From an uncultured Bdellovibrionales bacterium (GTDB taxonomy: Bacteria; Bdellovibrionota_G; JALEGL01; JAGRMV01), in the NCBI GenBank assembly GCA_964497185.1, contig CAZCBX010000012.1, positions 5,113 to 69,112 of the forward strand: DNA of 64,000 nt, read 5' to 3'. Positions 24,971 through 35,920 of this stretch are shown piece after piece. Within the stretch, counting starts at the first letter, position 1. Each line of letters opens with the position of its first letter. The notes below the pieces were generated by a model. The model made no database searches. It worked only from the letters and a program-made list of their open reading frames with translations, and was not told the origin of the DNA. The translations under genes and the position numbers were made by a program.

Positions 24971-25037
24971 GCTTTTTGGGCTTATGCGAGCGTCTCCGCA
25001 GCGTAAGCGAGGACTAGCGAGCATCAGCCCAAAAAGC
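24971..25037. repeat. 67-nt extended-hairpin repeat element, copy 1
   Basis: gctttttgggcttatgcgagcgtctccgcagcgtaagcgaggactagcgagcatcagcccaaaaagc. Termini are a 16-nt inverted repeat. 61 of 67 positions match the reverse complement of 30488..30554. Confidence 0.85.
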
Positions 25038-25127
25038 TGTGCACAGAACTCGTTTAATAAAAGAAAAAGCGCAAACACCATCCAGCGATAAGCCGCGTGC
25101 TACATCGCTTCAATCCAAGTAAAGCGA

Positions 25128-26432
<1,305 letters not shown>

Positions 26433-26482
26433 CTACTTTTTATGGCATGTATCAATGATTGACGCATTTGAATAGTCAAAAT

Positions 26483-27424
26483 TCACCCTACAGGGTGAAG
26501 CTCTCGGCCATCCTTGATAAATGCTTCTACCACGTGGACCACGGCATCCACCACGGCTTGCTGTGCTTCAAAGGTCGAAGCACCCAAATGAGGCGTGACA
26601 ATCACCTTTGGATGGTTGAGCAATGGATCATCGGGCTTGGGGGGTTCTTGATCCAGCACATCGAGCGCCGCCCCCGCCAGCCGATTGTCTGCCAGCGCTT
26701 GGGCCAATGCCGTTGTATCCAGCAGCGCGGCTCTGGCTGTATTGATCAACCAGGCCCCTTTTTTCATTTGAGCAAAATGATCACGGCGCAAAAGCGGCAT
26801 GTCCGCTTTGGGGACCGCGGCATGCAAGGAGATGACATCACTGTCACAAAGTAACGCTTCCAACGTATCGTACCAGCGCAGTGCGGGACTTTTTTCACGG
26901 GCGAAGGGATCCAATACGCCAACATCCATGCCAATGCCTAATGCCATCTGCGCCACCCGCTGGCCCACATACCCAAAGCCGATTAAGCCCAATCGTTTGT
27001 TTTTGAGTTCATGGCCCATGTATTGACTTCGGTTCCATTGACCCTGCTGCAAACTTTCGTAGGCTTGCGGTACATGCCGAAGCAAAGCAAACATAAGGGC
27101 CACCGTGTGCTCTGCGGCTGCATTGGCATTGGTGCCAGGTGTATTGCACACCGCAATGCCTTGTTTGCGCGCATACGGTATATCGATGTTGTCCACACCC
27201 GAACCTGCTCGAACAATGAGTTTAAGATTTTTGGCGGGTTTTAGCAACGCCTCGTCGACCGTGGTGCCACTTCGCACGATCAGCACGTCGTGCTTGGCGA
27301 TCTCAATGCGCTGCGCTTCTGGGTTTAAATCTGTTTTGATCGTCACGCCTAAGGCAGGGTTGGCTTGCAAGCGAGCAACGCCGCTGGCATCCAATGGATC
27401 GCTGATCCAGACCGACCAGCTCAT
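26483..27424 (-). CDS. serA: D-3-phosphoglycerate dehydrogenase-like 2-hydroxyacid dehydrogenase
   Basis: 313 aa. NAD-binding GLIGFGYVGQRVA. Catalytic-region LINTARAALLD and TPHLGAST. No ACT domain, so the specific substrate is inferred from the neighbouring aminotransferase. Confidence 0.7.
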   Translation of the reverse strand: MSWSVWISDPLDASGVARLQANPALGVTIKTDLNPEAQRIEIAKHDVLIVRSGTTVDEALLKPAKNLKLIVRAGSGVDNIDIPYARKQGIAVCNTPGTNANAAAEHTVALMFALLRHVPQAYESLQQGQWNRSQYMGHELKNKRLGLIGFGYVGQRVAQMALGIGMDVGVLDPFAREKSPALRWYDTLEALLCDSDVISLHAAVPKADMPLLRRDHFAQMKKGAWLINTARAALLDTTALAQALADNRLAGAALDVLDQEPPKPDDPLLNHPKVIVTPHLGASTFEAQQAVVDAVVHVVEAFIKDGRELHPVG

Positions 27425-28533
27425 GTCAGCTCCGAATAAATCTCTTGCCAGGATGGTAGGCTGTCACGATGAGGTAAATATTGATGGATAAGCGCCAGCG
27501 CATGATCGACGCTTGTCTTGTCGCAATACCCCATGTGCGCAAAACGAAAAACCTTACCCTTCAATTGATCTTGCCCACCGGCCAACCAAAGCCCCTCTTC
27601 TTTTTTAAGTTTGCTCAGCCAAGCACCCACATCCCAGGACAACAACCCCACGGCCGTTAATCCATGGGCCGCGTCTTGATCACGATTGAGCAAGGGCAAT
27701 TGCATCTGTTGAAAAGCGTGTCGGGTGCGTTGCTGAAGAAATTGATGGCGTTGAAAGACGTTTTCTTTGCCTTCTTGCTCGATCATTTCCAATGCCGCAT
27801 GCAGTCCCTGAAACAGCGAAATGGCTGGGGTAAAAGCGGTGCTGTTTTGACTTTGTGCCTTGTACTCGTGGGCCAAAGAAAAATACAAACCTCTGGCGGG
27901 TTGAATGCGGGCCATTGCTTTGTCTGACAAAGCCAATGTAGCCAAGCCGGGTGGACACATCAATGCTTTTTGGGACCCACCCACCATCCCATCGATGCCG
28001 TCTCGGTCCATGTTCAAATCATGAATGCCCAATGCCGTAATGGCATCAACCAGAAATAGACAGTCCGGGTATGCTTGAAGCAACGCGCCGATTTCTGCCA
28101 CCGGGTGAAAAACGCCCGTTGAGGTTTCGCACGCTTGGAGCATCAACCCTTTTAAATTGGCATGAAGGTGGGGCTGAATTTGCTCCAGGTCAACCGCTTG
28201 CCCCCACGGCACTTCTACAACGGTGAGTTTTAATCCGTACACTTGTGCAAGTTTTTGCCAGCGCTGTCCGAATTTACCCGCGACCACCACCAGCACTTCA
28301 TCGCCTTCTTTAAACAGTGAAGCCACACTGGCTTCCATCGCGCCACTGCCCGAGCAGCTTAAAACCATCGTTTGGCCTGAAGTACCGCAAAGATTTTTTA
28401 GCTTTTGGCGCACGCCCATTAAAATTTCTTGAAACTCACCAGATCGATGATGAATCATGGGCTGAGCCATGGCTTTTTGAACCTGAGGAGGAATGGGGGT
28501 GGGCCCCGGTGTGCAAAGGATGGGTGGATTCAT
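27421..28533 (-). CDS. class V aminotransferase (phosphoserine / serine-glyoxylate aminotransferase family)
   Basis: 370 aa. N-terminal CTPGPTPIPPQVQKAM...HHRSGEF typical of class-V AGT/SerC-like enzymes. GSQKALMCPPGL contains the PLP lysine context. Confidence 0.8.
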   Translation of the reverse strand: MNPPILCTPGPTPIPPQVQKAMAQPMIHHRSGEFQEILMGVRQKLKNLCGTSGQTMVLSCSGSGAMEASVASLFKEGDEVLVVVAGKFGQRWQKLAQVYGLKLTVVEVPWGQAVDLEQIQPHLHANLKGLMLQACETSTGVFHPVAEIGALLQAYPDCLFLVDAITALGIHDLNMDRDGIDGMVGGSQKALMCPPGLATLALSDKAMARIQPARGLYFSLAHEYKAQSQNSTAFTPAISLFQGLHAALEMIEQEGKENVFQRHQFLQQRTRHAFQQMQLPLLNRDQDAAHGLTAVGLLSWDVGAWLSKLKKEEGLWLAGGQDQLKGKVFRFAHMGYCDKTSVDHALALIHQYLPHRDSLPSWQEIYSELT

Positions 28534-30323
28534 TAGGCTGATAATTTTTGAAGTGTGGCTTTGAGTTGGTCGTACAATGCGCGCATGGCATCGACATCTT
28601 TTTGGGCAATGACCGTTTGGGCATGCGCCATAAAAGTTTGAATTTGCTGCGTGCGCTCTTCCGACATTTCTTCTTTCTGACTTAAGAATTCTTTTCGAAT
28701 TTTATGAAGCAAAAGCTCATTTTTTTGCGCGATGGCTTCCGACTCTTCTTCTTCACGAATTTTAATTTCAAGCGTTTGCGCTTGTTTGGTCATTTCAGCC
28801 ACTTCTTCTTCGGTTAAGCCACTGGACATGGTCACGCGAATGGACTGTTCTTTGCCCGTGTCTTTGTCTTTGGCGGACACTTGCACGATACCATTGGCAT
28901 CAATGTGGAAAGTGACTTCAATTTCTGGATCACCGGCTGGGGCTTTGCGAATGCCTTCGAGTAGGAACTCACCCAGCAATTCATTTTCTTCCGCTTCGGG
29001 ACTAAACCCTTGATACACTTGCACACGAACAGAAGGTTGGTCGTTGACCACTGTGGTAAAGTTTTTCTTCTTCAACACCGGCACGGTGGTATTGGCCTCA
29101 ATCAAACGCGTAAACGTACCGCCGGCACTTCGAATGCCCAGCGGTAGCGGTGTCACATCCAATAAAAGCATTTCAACTTCGGTATCGGACGTCAGGGCAT
29201 TGGCCTGAATGGACGCGCCAATGGCCACTGCTTCATCGGGATTGATTTGTTTGGTCGCACTTCGTCCAAAGTAATTGGAAACCGAATCGGCCAAAAAAGG
29301 CATGCGGGTTTGACCACCCACCAGCAAAATATCGGTTAGATCACCTTTGGTCACCCCTGCTTTCTCCATGACACCTTTGCATATATTCAATGTGCGCTCA
29401 ACCAGTGGTTTGGCCAGCTTTTCAACATCTTTGCGATGAATCGATTGATTCAAATGCAGGGGTTTGTCATTTTCAGTGGCGATAAACGGAAGGTTGATTT
29501 CCACTTCGTGAAAGGATGAAAGGTCGCATTTGGCTCTTTCGCATGCGTCTTTGAGCCGTTGAAGCGCAATTTTATCTTTGCGTAGATCAATTTCGTCGCT
29601 GGCCAAAAAACGGTCCGCCACAAAATCAATCAACACATTGTCGACGTCATCCCCACCCAAAAACGTGTCTCCGCCGGTGGCCAGCACTTTAAACACACCA
29701 TCATTGATTTCAAGAATGGACACATCAAATGTGCCACCCCCAAAATCATACACCACCACCAGCTGATCTTTTTTCTTGCTGTACCCATAGGCAATGGCCG
29801 CCGCCGTGGGCTCGTTGATGATGCGCAGCACATTTAAACCTGCAATGGTGCCTGCATCTTTGGTGGCTTGCCTTTGCGCATCATTAAAATAAGCGGGAAC
29901 CGTGATCACAACGTCGTGAATTGATTCTGAAAAATAATCTTCTGCCACCCGTTTGAGTTCCAATAAGATGTAAGAGCTAATTTCGGGCAGTGAAAATTCG
30001 CGGCTGCGACAGCGCACCCGGATGTCTTCGTGCGGACCCTCCACTATTTCGTACGCGTACAAAGCTTTTGCACTGTCCACTTCTTTGGATCCGATGCGAC
30101 GACCAATCAGTCGTTTGGAAGACACAATGGTGTTGCCTGGATTGGCAATCGCCTGGCGTTTGGCTACCTGCCCTACAGCTATTTTGCCACTTTCAAGTAC
30201 AGCCACCACCGATGGGGTGGTTGGATAGCCATTTTTGTTTAAAATGATGTTGGTGTGGCGACCTTCTGTGAAGGCAACACAAGAATTGGTGGTGCCAAGG
30301 TCGATGCCGATTACTTTTGCCAA
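28533..30323 (-). CDS. Hsp70-family chaperone (DnaK paralogue)
   Basis: 596 aa. IGIDLGTTNSCVA, DFGGGTFDVS, LVGGQTRMP. Stop overlaps the aminotransferase ATG by 1 nt (TAATG). Confidence 0.85.
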   Translation of the reverse strand: MAKVIGIDLGTTNSCVAFTEGRHTNIILNKNGYPTTPSVVAVLESGKIAVGQVAKRQAIANPGNTIVSSKRLIGRRIGSKEVDSAKALYAYEIVEGPHEDIRVRCRSREFSLPEISSYILLELKRVAEDYFSESIHDVVITVPAYFNDAQRQATKDAGTIAGLNVLRIINEPTAAAIAYGYSKKKDQLVVVYDFGGGTFDVSILEINDGVFKVLATGGDTFLGGDDVDNVLIDFVADRFLASDEIDLRKDKIALQRLKDACERAKCDLSSFHEVEINLPFIATENDKPLHLNQSIHRKDVEKLAKPLVERTLNICKGVMEKAGVTKGDLTDILLVGGQTRMPFLADSVSNYFGRSATKQINPDEAVAIGASIQANALTSDTEVEMLLLDVTPLPLGIRSAGGTFTRLIEANTTVPVLKKKNFTTVVNDQPSVRVQVYQGFSPEAEENELLGEFLLEGIRKAPAGDPEIEVTFHIDANGIVQVSAKDKDTGKEQSIRVTMSSGLTEEEVAEMTKQAQTLEIKIREEEESEAIAQKNELLLHKIRKEFLSQKEEMSEERTQQIQTFMAHAQTVIAQKDVDAMRALYDQLKATLQKLSA

Positions 30324-30487
30324 AAAAAATGCCCCTTTCCAGCGCTTTGTTTAAGTTAGCAGATTTCTTAGGGTTTACAATTGAATTTCTTTTGTTCTGC
30401 AGAGTGTTGATTGGTCATGTTGTTTTAATGAAAGTTTGGTTTTTGGTCATATGGTTAGGGGTTGGGTTTAAACGAGGTTGGTGTTGA

Positions 30488-30554
30488 GCTTTTTGGGCTG
30501 ATGTTCACTAGTCCTCGCTTACGCTGCGGAGGCGTTCACATCAGCCCAAAAAGC
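30488..30554. repeat. 67-nt extended-hairpin repeat element, copy 2 (inverted relative to copy 1)
   Basis: gctttttgggctgatgttcactagtcctcgcttacgctgcggaggcgttcacatcagcccaaaaagc. Confidence 0.85.
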
Positions 30555-30597
30555 TTTTCGTCGATCAGAAGTATATAGGGGGGTGGGTTTGGTTAGT

Positions 30598-30620
30598 GAC
30601 AAACGCCTACGGCGTTTGTC
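30598..30620. repeat. gacaaacgcc-tac-ggcgtttgtc hairpin, paralogue of the 24909 terminator stem
   Basis: Shares the acaaacgcc/ggcgtttgt stem with 24909..24938. Sits on the mirror-image side of the 67-nt element. T-rich only on the plus strand. Confidence 0.6.
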
Positions 30621-30653
30621 TTTATGATATTGGGTTTTTGGGTGTGGGATGGA

Positions 30654-31463
30654 TTAGTTGGTGAGGGGGTTTTTTTTGATGGCTTCTTTTACGCGGCGTA
30701 GGGCGCTGGATACGTCTTCGTTGTCTCGGTCCATGATTCGGGCCATTTTGTAAAAGTTGAGGGCTGCTTTTAGATTGCCTTTGGCTTCTTCTTCTTTGCC
30801 CATCTGGTATTGGTTTTGTGGCGAGGAGAATTCGGGTTTGGTTTTGGAGTGAGACCCTACTTTGGCTCCTTGCGGTGCAGAGGCGCCATTTTGATTGGCG
30901 GACTTGGGGGTGCGGAGCATTTTTAAATGGGCTTTGCGCTGCGCTTCGTCGGACAACACGCCATAGGCCTGCTGGATGCCGTTGAATACTTCGTCCAGCA
31001 TTTCTTTAAAGGGGCCAATGTCCTCTTTAAAAAAACGGTCTGGATGAAATTCTTTGGACAGGCGAAAATACTGTTTGTCAATGGATGCTTTGGAGGCGTG
31101 CCAATCCAGCTCCAGGGTGCGAAAATGATCATTTTTGGCCAGTGTTTCATATTTTTGCCGAATGCGTGCTTGCGCGCCATCGCCAAAGTTGCGCGAGGGG
31201 GGTGTGGAACTTTGCTGCGTTTCTTCTTTGCTGGCAACAGGCTTTGGCTCAGAGGCTGGGCAGAGAATCAGCTCCCATGCCAAAAGTTTTTGGATGATGG
31301 CTTGCAGCGTTTCTTCCGGAAGGCTGACAATTTGCCGAATTTCTTGCATGGTGGCGTGACCGTTGACCCGAGATAAAACAAACGCATCTTCTGGCGTCAT
31401 ATTGATACCCTCCAAGCTGGCTTGAGGGTTGATTTTTGGGATGCTTTTGTCTGAAACACTCAT
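30654..31463 (-). CDS. J-domain (DnaJ-like) co-chaperone with C-terminal TPR-like helix pair
   Basis: 269 aa. HFRTLELDWHASKASIDKQYFRLSKEFHPDRF (HPD motif). ATGA overlap with xerC upstream. Confidence 0.75.
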   Translation of the reverse strand: MSVSDKSIPKINPQASLEGINMTPEDAFVLSRVNGHATMQEIRQIVSLPEETLQAIIQKLLAWELILCPASEPKPVASKEETQQSSTPPSRNFGDGAQARIRQKYETLAKNDHFRTLELDWHASKASIDKQYFRLSKEFHPDRFFKEDIGPFKEMLDEVFNGIQQAYGVLSDEAQRKAHLKMLRTPKSANQNGASAPQGAKVGSHSKTKPEFSSPQNQYQMGKEEEAKGNLKAALNFYKMARIMDRDNEDVSSALRRVKEAIKKNPLTN

Positions 31464-32365
31464 GATCTGGGATGCGTGTCCTTGTATACGGTTTTAAGTT
31501 TTTCTTTGCTTACCTGCGTGTATTTTTGCGTTGTAGCAAGATTTTCATGACCTAGCAATTGTTGAATCGATCGCAAATCTGCCCCGTGATTGAGCAAATG
31601 TGTGGCAAACGCATGTCGAAACGAGTGCGGCGACACGGTTAACCCCATGGGCAGCAAGGGCTGATATTTTTGGAGCAAATAGCGTACACCCCGCGTGGTC
31701 ATCCGTTTGCCACGGTGATTGAGCAAAAGCGCTTGTTCTGCTTTGGGCCCTTTTCGCTCAGACTGATACCGCTGCCATGCCTCCACCGCATATTCACTGC
31801 AGGGCACCACCCGGTCTTTACGTCCTTTGCCTTCACGCACGGTCACGCGCCGATGGGTGACATCCAAATGGGCCATGTCCAACGCCACAAGCTCACTGAC
31901 CCGAAGTCCTGAGCCATACAGCAATTCAAACATCAGCCAGTCGCGGGTCGAGAATTTTTGATCTTCCACCCCTTGTTGAAAAAAAGCCTGCAGCGCTTGT
32001 TGCGATGGAACCGAAGGCGTGTGGGCCGGCACCTTAACAGAATCAAGACCCACTGTGGGATCCGCCGACACCCAACCTTGGTCCAGCGCAAAACCAAAAA
32101 AAGTTTTTAAGCCACTGACCCTGCGCGCGGTGGTTTTGGCGTGTTTTTTTTGGGCAAACAAATGAGACACAAACATGCGTAAATCATCCAGTTTGATTGG
32201 ATCCAGCCGCACCTGCTCTGCTGGCCACTGCTGTTTTTGAACGAGAAACGAAATTAAAGATGCCACATCGCGCTCGTAGGCGCGAACCGTGTGCGGTGAC
32301 AAGCGACGACTGTGCTTAAGGTGGTCGGCAAAAATTTTGAGCTGTTGTTTGATTTCTTGATTCAC
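31460..32365 (-). CDS. xerC: tyrosine recombinase XerC/XerD family
   Basis: 301 aa. N-terminal SAM-like core-binding domain. Catalytic ...GLRVSELVAL..., HSFRHAFATHLL, LGHENLATTQKYTQV (R-H-R-Y set). Sits in the conserved dprA-trmFO-xerC context. Confidence 0.85.
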   Translation of the reverse strand: MNQEIKQQLKIFADHLKHSRRLSPHTVRAYERDVASLISFLVQKQQWPAEQVRLDPIKLDDLRMFVSHLFAQKKHAKTTARRVSGLKTFFGFALDQGWVSADPTVGLDSVKVPAHTPSVPSQQALQAFFQQGVEDQKFSTRDWLMFELLYGSGLRVSELVALDMAHLDVTHRRVTVREGKGRKDRVVPCSEYAVEAWQRYQSERKGPKAEQALLLNHRGKRMTTRGVRYLLQKYQPLLPMGLTVSPHSFRHAFATHLLNHGADLRSIQQLLGHENLATTQKYTQVSKEKLKTVYKDTHPRS

Positions 32366-32378
32366 CGTGTGGCCGACA

Positions 32379-33734
32379 TCACACGTTGCTGGCGGCTTGA
32401 ATGCCTTGAGCCATTGCCGTTTTAAACCAGGCTTGAAAACTCTGCTGCGCGCGCTGAAAGTGCTTTTGCCGTCTCTCCTTCTTTTTCATTTTAGTCTTTA
32501 TTGGCAAAGGAGGCAAGAGACCATAATTGATGTTCATGGGCGAAAAATCACTCTTTAACGGATCGGTGGTAATCACACGCATCAATGCACCCATGGCGGT
32601 ATCCGCTGGGGGTCGATCCAGGGATAAATCTTTGATGTGTTTTAAAAGATTTAAGCCCACCATTTGTCCCATGGCGGCTGATTCAACATAGCCTTCTACA
32701 CCAGTTAATTGGCCTGCAACGAAGATGTGGGGATGATCTTTGAGTGAGAGGTCTGCGTTGAGCAGTGTGGGCGAGTCAATGTATGTATTTCGGTGCATCG
32801 AACCCATGCGAAAAAATGATGCTTTTTCTAAGCCTGGAATCATGCGAAAAATGCGTTTTTGATCCCCCCATTTCATACGCGTTTGAAAGCCCACCATGTT
32901 GTAAAGTGTGGTGGGTGAATTTTCTCTGCGCAGCTGAACCACGGCATAAGGTCTTTGACCCGTATGCGGGTTGGTTAACCCCACAGGTTTCATTGGGCCA
33001 AAGGCAAGCGTCAGTGGCCCTTTGTCCACCAGCACTTCAATGGGCTGACATCCTTCAAAACACTTCATTTCCTCAAAATCACGCACCTCTACTTTTTCGG
33101 CAGCTTTGATCTCCTCAATGAAGGTTTCATATTGAGTTTGGGTCAGTGGACAATTTAAATAATCGTCGTTGTCTTCTTGATAGCGAGAAGCAAAATACGC
33201 TTTGCTCAAATCGACACTGTCGGCCTCAATGATGGGCGAAATGGAATCATAAAAATAGAGCGTATCGCTGCCAATGTACTGAGCCAAATCCTGGGCCAGC
33301 GCATCGGATGTCATGGGCCCGGTGGCGATGACCACCCAGGCATCTTGCGGAATCGACGTTGTTTCTTCACGCACCACGGTGACCAAAGGATGGTCATCCA
33401 ATACCCTGGTTACTTGTGCTGAAAACTGATCGCGATCCACCCCAAGTGCATTGCCAGCAGGTACCCGCGCTTGATGTGCACTGGTCAAAATAAGCGAACC
33501 AAGCTGCATCATTTCACTTTTGAGCATTTGCGGCGCACCAAAATCCGCGGTTGAGCCCAAAGAGTTGCTGCACACCAATTCTGCAAAGTCGGGCGATTGA
33601 TGCGCGGGCGAAAATCGCTGTGGCTTCATCTCGTGCAGGGTGACCGGCACGCCATGTCTGGCCAAAAAGTACGCTGCCTCACAGCCGGCCATGCCTGCAC
33701 CAATAATGTGAATGTCTTTTTGCATTTGCCCCAC
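32379..33734 (-). CDS. trmFO: methylenetetrahydrofolate--tRNA-(uracil54-C5)-methyltransferase
   Basis: 451 aa. IIGAGMAGCEAA FAD motif, FAGQLTGVEGYVESAA. Confidence 0.9.
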   Translation of the reverse strand: MGQMQKDIHIIGAGMAGCEAAYFLARHGVPVTLHEMKPQRFSPAHQSPDFAELVCSNSLGSTADFGAPQMLKSEMMQLGSLILTSAHQARVPAGNALGVDRDQFSAQVTRVLDDHPLVTVVREETTSIPQDAWVVIATGPMTSDALAQDLAQYIGSDTLYFYDSISPIIEADSVDLSKAYFASRYQEDNDDYLNCPLTQTQYETFIEEIKAAEKVEVRDFEEMKCFEGCQPIEVLVDKGPLTLAFGPMKPVGLTNPHTGQRPYAVVQLRRENSPTTLYNMVGFQTRMKWGDQKRIFRMIPGLEKASFFRMGSMHRNTYIDSPTLLNADLSLKDHPHIFVAGQLTGVEGYVESAAMGQMVGLNLLKHIKDLSLDRPPADTAMGALMRVITTDPLKSDFSPMNINYGLLPPLPIKTKMKKKERRQKHFQRAQQSFQAWFKTAMAQGIQAASNV

Positions 33735-33781
33735 CCCAACCTTTTGGTCATGCCTGCGCCAAGATTGATCAGCAAGCCATT

Positions 33782-34879
33782 TTATAGACGTACATACCGC
33801 CCATCGTCTAGCTTTTCAAGACATCCTTGCATTTCAAGCGCGGCCAAAATGATGCTGGCATCGGCCACCGACATGTTTTTTTCAGCACAAATTTGATCCA
33901 TCGTTTTGGGCTCATCCAGCGCCAAAAAAGACCACATGGCTTGTTCTTGAACGCTGAGCTGCGGTTTTGGGGTGGATATGGTCGCATGATCACCCAATGG
34001 TTCGTAGTCTTCCAGAATAGACTGAGCGTTGCGCACCAACTTGGCACCCTCCTGCAAAAGCCGGTTGGGATACATGGAAAAGGCAGAGTCGATGCAGCCT
34101 GGCACAGCATAGACTTCTCGACCCAAATCCGTGGCATGACGAACCGTGATTTGTGTGCCGCTTCGGTGCGCGGCCTCCACCACCAAAAGCCCTGGGCTCA
34201 GCGCCGCGATCAACCGATTGCGGGCATGAAAATGGTACCTCAGCGGCTCAACGCCCCACGGATATTCAGAAAGAATCAACCCACCCTGGGCCAATATATC
34301 GTTGCGCAGGTCATGGTGCTTGGCAGGATACGTTTTATGCAGTCCATGCGCCACCACCGCCACAGTGGGGCAGCCCGCTTTGACAGACATTTGGTGGGCC
34401 AGCCCATCAATGCCATAAGCCAAACCACTGACCACAATCATGCCAGCCTGCACACACGGCTCTAACAACATGGGTGTGACCCGACGGCCATACGTCGTCG
34501 GTTTACGCGTACCAATGACGCTCAAAGACTTTTCCCGAATGGGCCTGTGGCTCCCCTGCGCATACAAAACCCAAGGTGGATCGGCCAAGTCCATCATGGC
34601 AGAAGGATAATCATTGGTATCCATCACCCAAGCCTGAATGCCATGTTTTTGATGTTGCGCATGCAACCACGGAATCTTTTCTTGCTTCAACCAAGCCTCT
34701 GGCTGGGCCGGCACCGATGCAAACAAAGGCTGGTCAGGCTGCTTCAAATAAGACCGAAGAATGGACGCCAATGACCCAAAATGCGCCAGCGCTTCGTATT
34801 TATGTTTTGGAGAAATGGCCCGCGTTTGCGCCCAAGCCATGGCCAACTGTTGTTGCATCGTTTTCATGCATCCAATCAT
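33782..34879 (-). CDS. dprA: DNA-processing protein DprA (Smf)
   Basis: 365 aa. IGTRKPTTYG, VSGLAYGIDGLAH, C-terminal winged-helix DprA_WH-like (DQICAEKNMSVADASIILAALEMQG). Confidence 0.85.
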   Translation of the reverse strand: MIGCMKTMQQQLAMAWAQTRAISPKHKYEALAHFGSLASILRSYLKQPDQPLFASVPAQPEAWLKQEKIPWLHAQHQKHGIQAWVMDTNDYPSAMMDLADPPWVLYAQGSHRPIREKSLSVIGTRKPTTYGRRVTPMLLEPCVQAGMIVVSGLAYGIDGLAHQMSVKAGCPTVAVVAHGLHKTYPAKHHDLRNDILAQGGLILSEYPWGVEPLRYHFHARNRLIAALSPGLLVVEAAHRSGTQITVRHATDLGREVYAVPGCIDSAFSMYPNRLLQEGAKLVRNAQSILEDYEPLGDHATISTPKPQLSVQEQAMWSFLALDEPKTMDQICAEKNMSVADASIILAALEMQGCLEKLDDGRYVRL

Positions 34880-35237
34880 TCATATTTCATGCCATTTTCA
34901 ATGTTTTATATTTTCGCAAGTCAAAAAATGGGTTCTGGTTAGGAGCCTGGAGACCATTGTATGAAAATTTACACACCATAAACATCTTTGAACGGGGCTT
35001 TCCATAACTGGTATGACCCCGGCTTTTAGATTGGGTTGCCCCGAAATGGTTCCCTCCGCTTGGTTCCAACGTGCAAATTTAGAGGTTAGTTGCCATTGAA
35101 ATTGGGCTGTGCTAGGTCAAACCTATTATAAAGCCTGCACGGATATCTTGCGCGATTCAGTCTAAACATTGGGAGTGAAGAGGTGATATGAAACGTGAGG
35201 TCAACAAGGACCAACACCAAACGATTTGATTTACACC

Positions 35238-35846
35238 ATGAAGATAGCCGTATTTGACTTAAACAAGACTTTATATCGACGCAGTTCAAAATCTGAATTT
35301 TTTAAATTCGTATGTTTTAAGCGCAGTTATAAAATCGGACATTTGTTGGAATTGATGTTTTTGGCGTTGGCTGGCAAATTAAGACTGATCAATATTACAT
35401 CTTTCAAAGAGAATTTTTTTAATTACCTTGATGACCTTGAACCCGCCACGGTGACAAAATATGCCGAACAATTTTGGGCCATTGAGTACCCGGACCATTT
35501 CAATGATGAAGTCTTACATCGAATGAAAAAACATCGTGAAGAAGGGATGAAAATCTATTTGATCACGGGCGGTCTAGAAATTTATACAAAACCAATCACC
35601 GATCATATAAAATTCGATGGCTTTCTTGGCACCCAGACTGAATATACCAACGGTACTTACAAGATCATTGGGGATGCGTGCAAGGGCGAAGAAAAAGTCC
35701 GAAGGTTAGAGGAAGACCTGAAAGGTCAACCGTTCGAAATAGCGGTCGCTTATTCTGATGAAAAAGAAGCCATTCTTGACCAAGCCACAAAAGCTTACTT
35801 TATTCATGAGGGAAAAATTAAGCCCTATGATCCAACCAACATTTAG
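35238..35846 (+). CDS. HAD-IB family hydrolase (SerB-like/phosphatase)
   Basis: MKIAVFDLNKTLY (motif I variant DxNxT), LITGGLE (motif II region), C-terminal YSDEKE (motif IV-like). The gene is visibly AT-richer than its neighbours. Confidence 0.65.
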   Translation: MKIAVFDLNKTLYRRSSKSEFFKFVCFKRSYKIGHLLELMFLALAGKLRLINITSFKENFFNYLDDLEPATVTKYAEQFWAIEYPDHFNDEVLHRMKKHREEGMKIYLITGGLEIYTKPITDHIKFDGFLGTQTEYTNGTYKIIGDACKGEEKVRRLEEDLKGQPFEIAVAYSDEKEAILDQATKAYFIHEGKIKPYDPTNI

Positions 35847-35920
35847 TTTTGACCGACGACCATCCAACACCAGTTTAAATGCAAGGGTCGTGACTCCAAA
35901 AACCACAGCCTAGAAGAAAC

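Noticed and set aside
31460-32365. Tyrosine recombinase as the integrase of a mobile element
   Set aside because: It sits in the conserved housekeeping dprA-trmFO-xerC arrangement, has normal composition, and has no flanking att-like repeats. It is best read as chromosome-dimer resolvase XerC/XerD.
34880-35225. 350-bp non-coding gap examined for known RNAs (tmRNA, SRP/4.5S, 6S, RNase P)
   Set aside because: None of the hallmark sequences I know were found (tmRNA 5' GGGGCUGAUUCUGGAUUCGAC and tRNA-like 3' end; the SRP GGAA/AGCA domain IV motifs; the RNase P GAGGAAAGUCC box). It is left unassigned.
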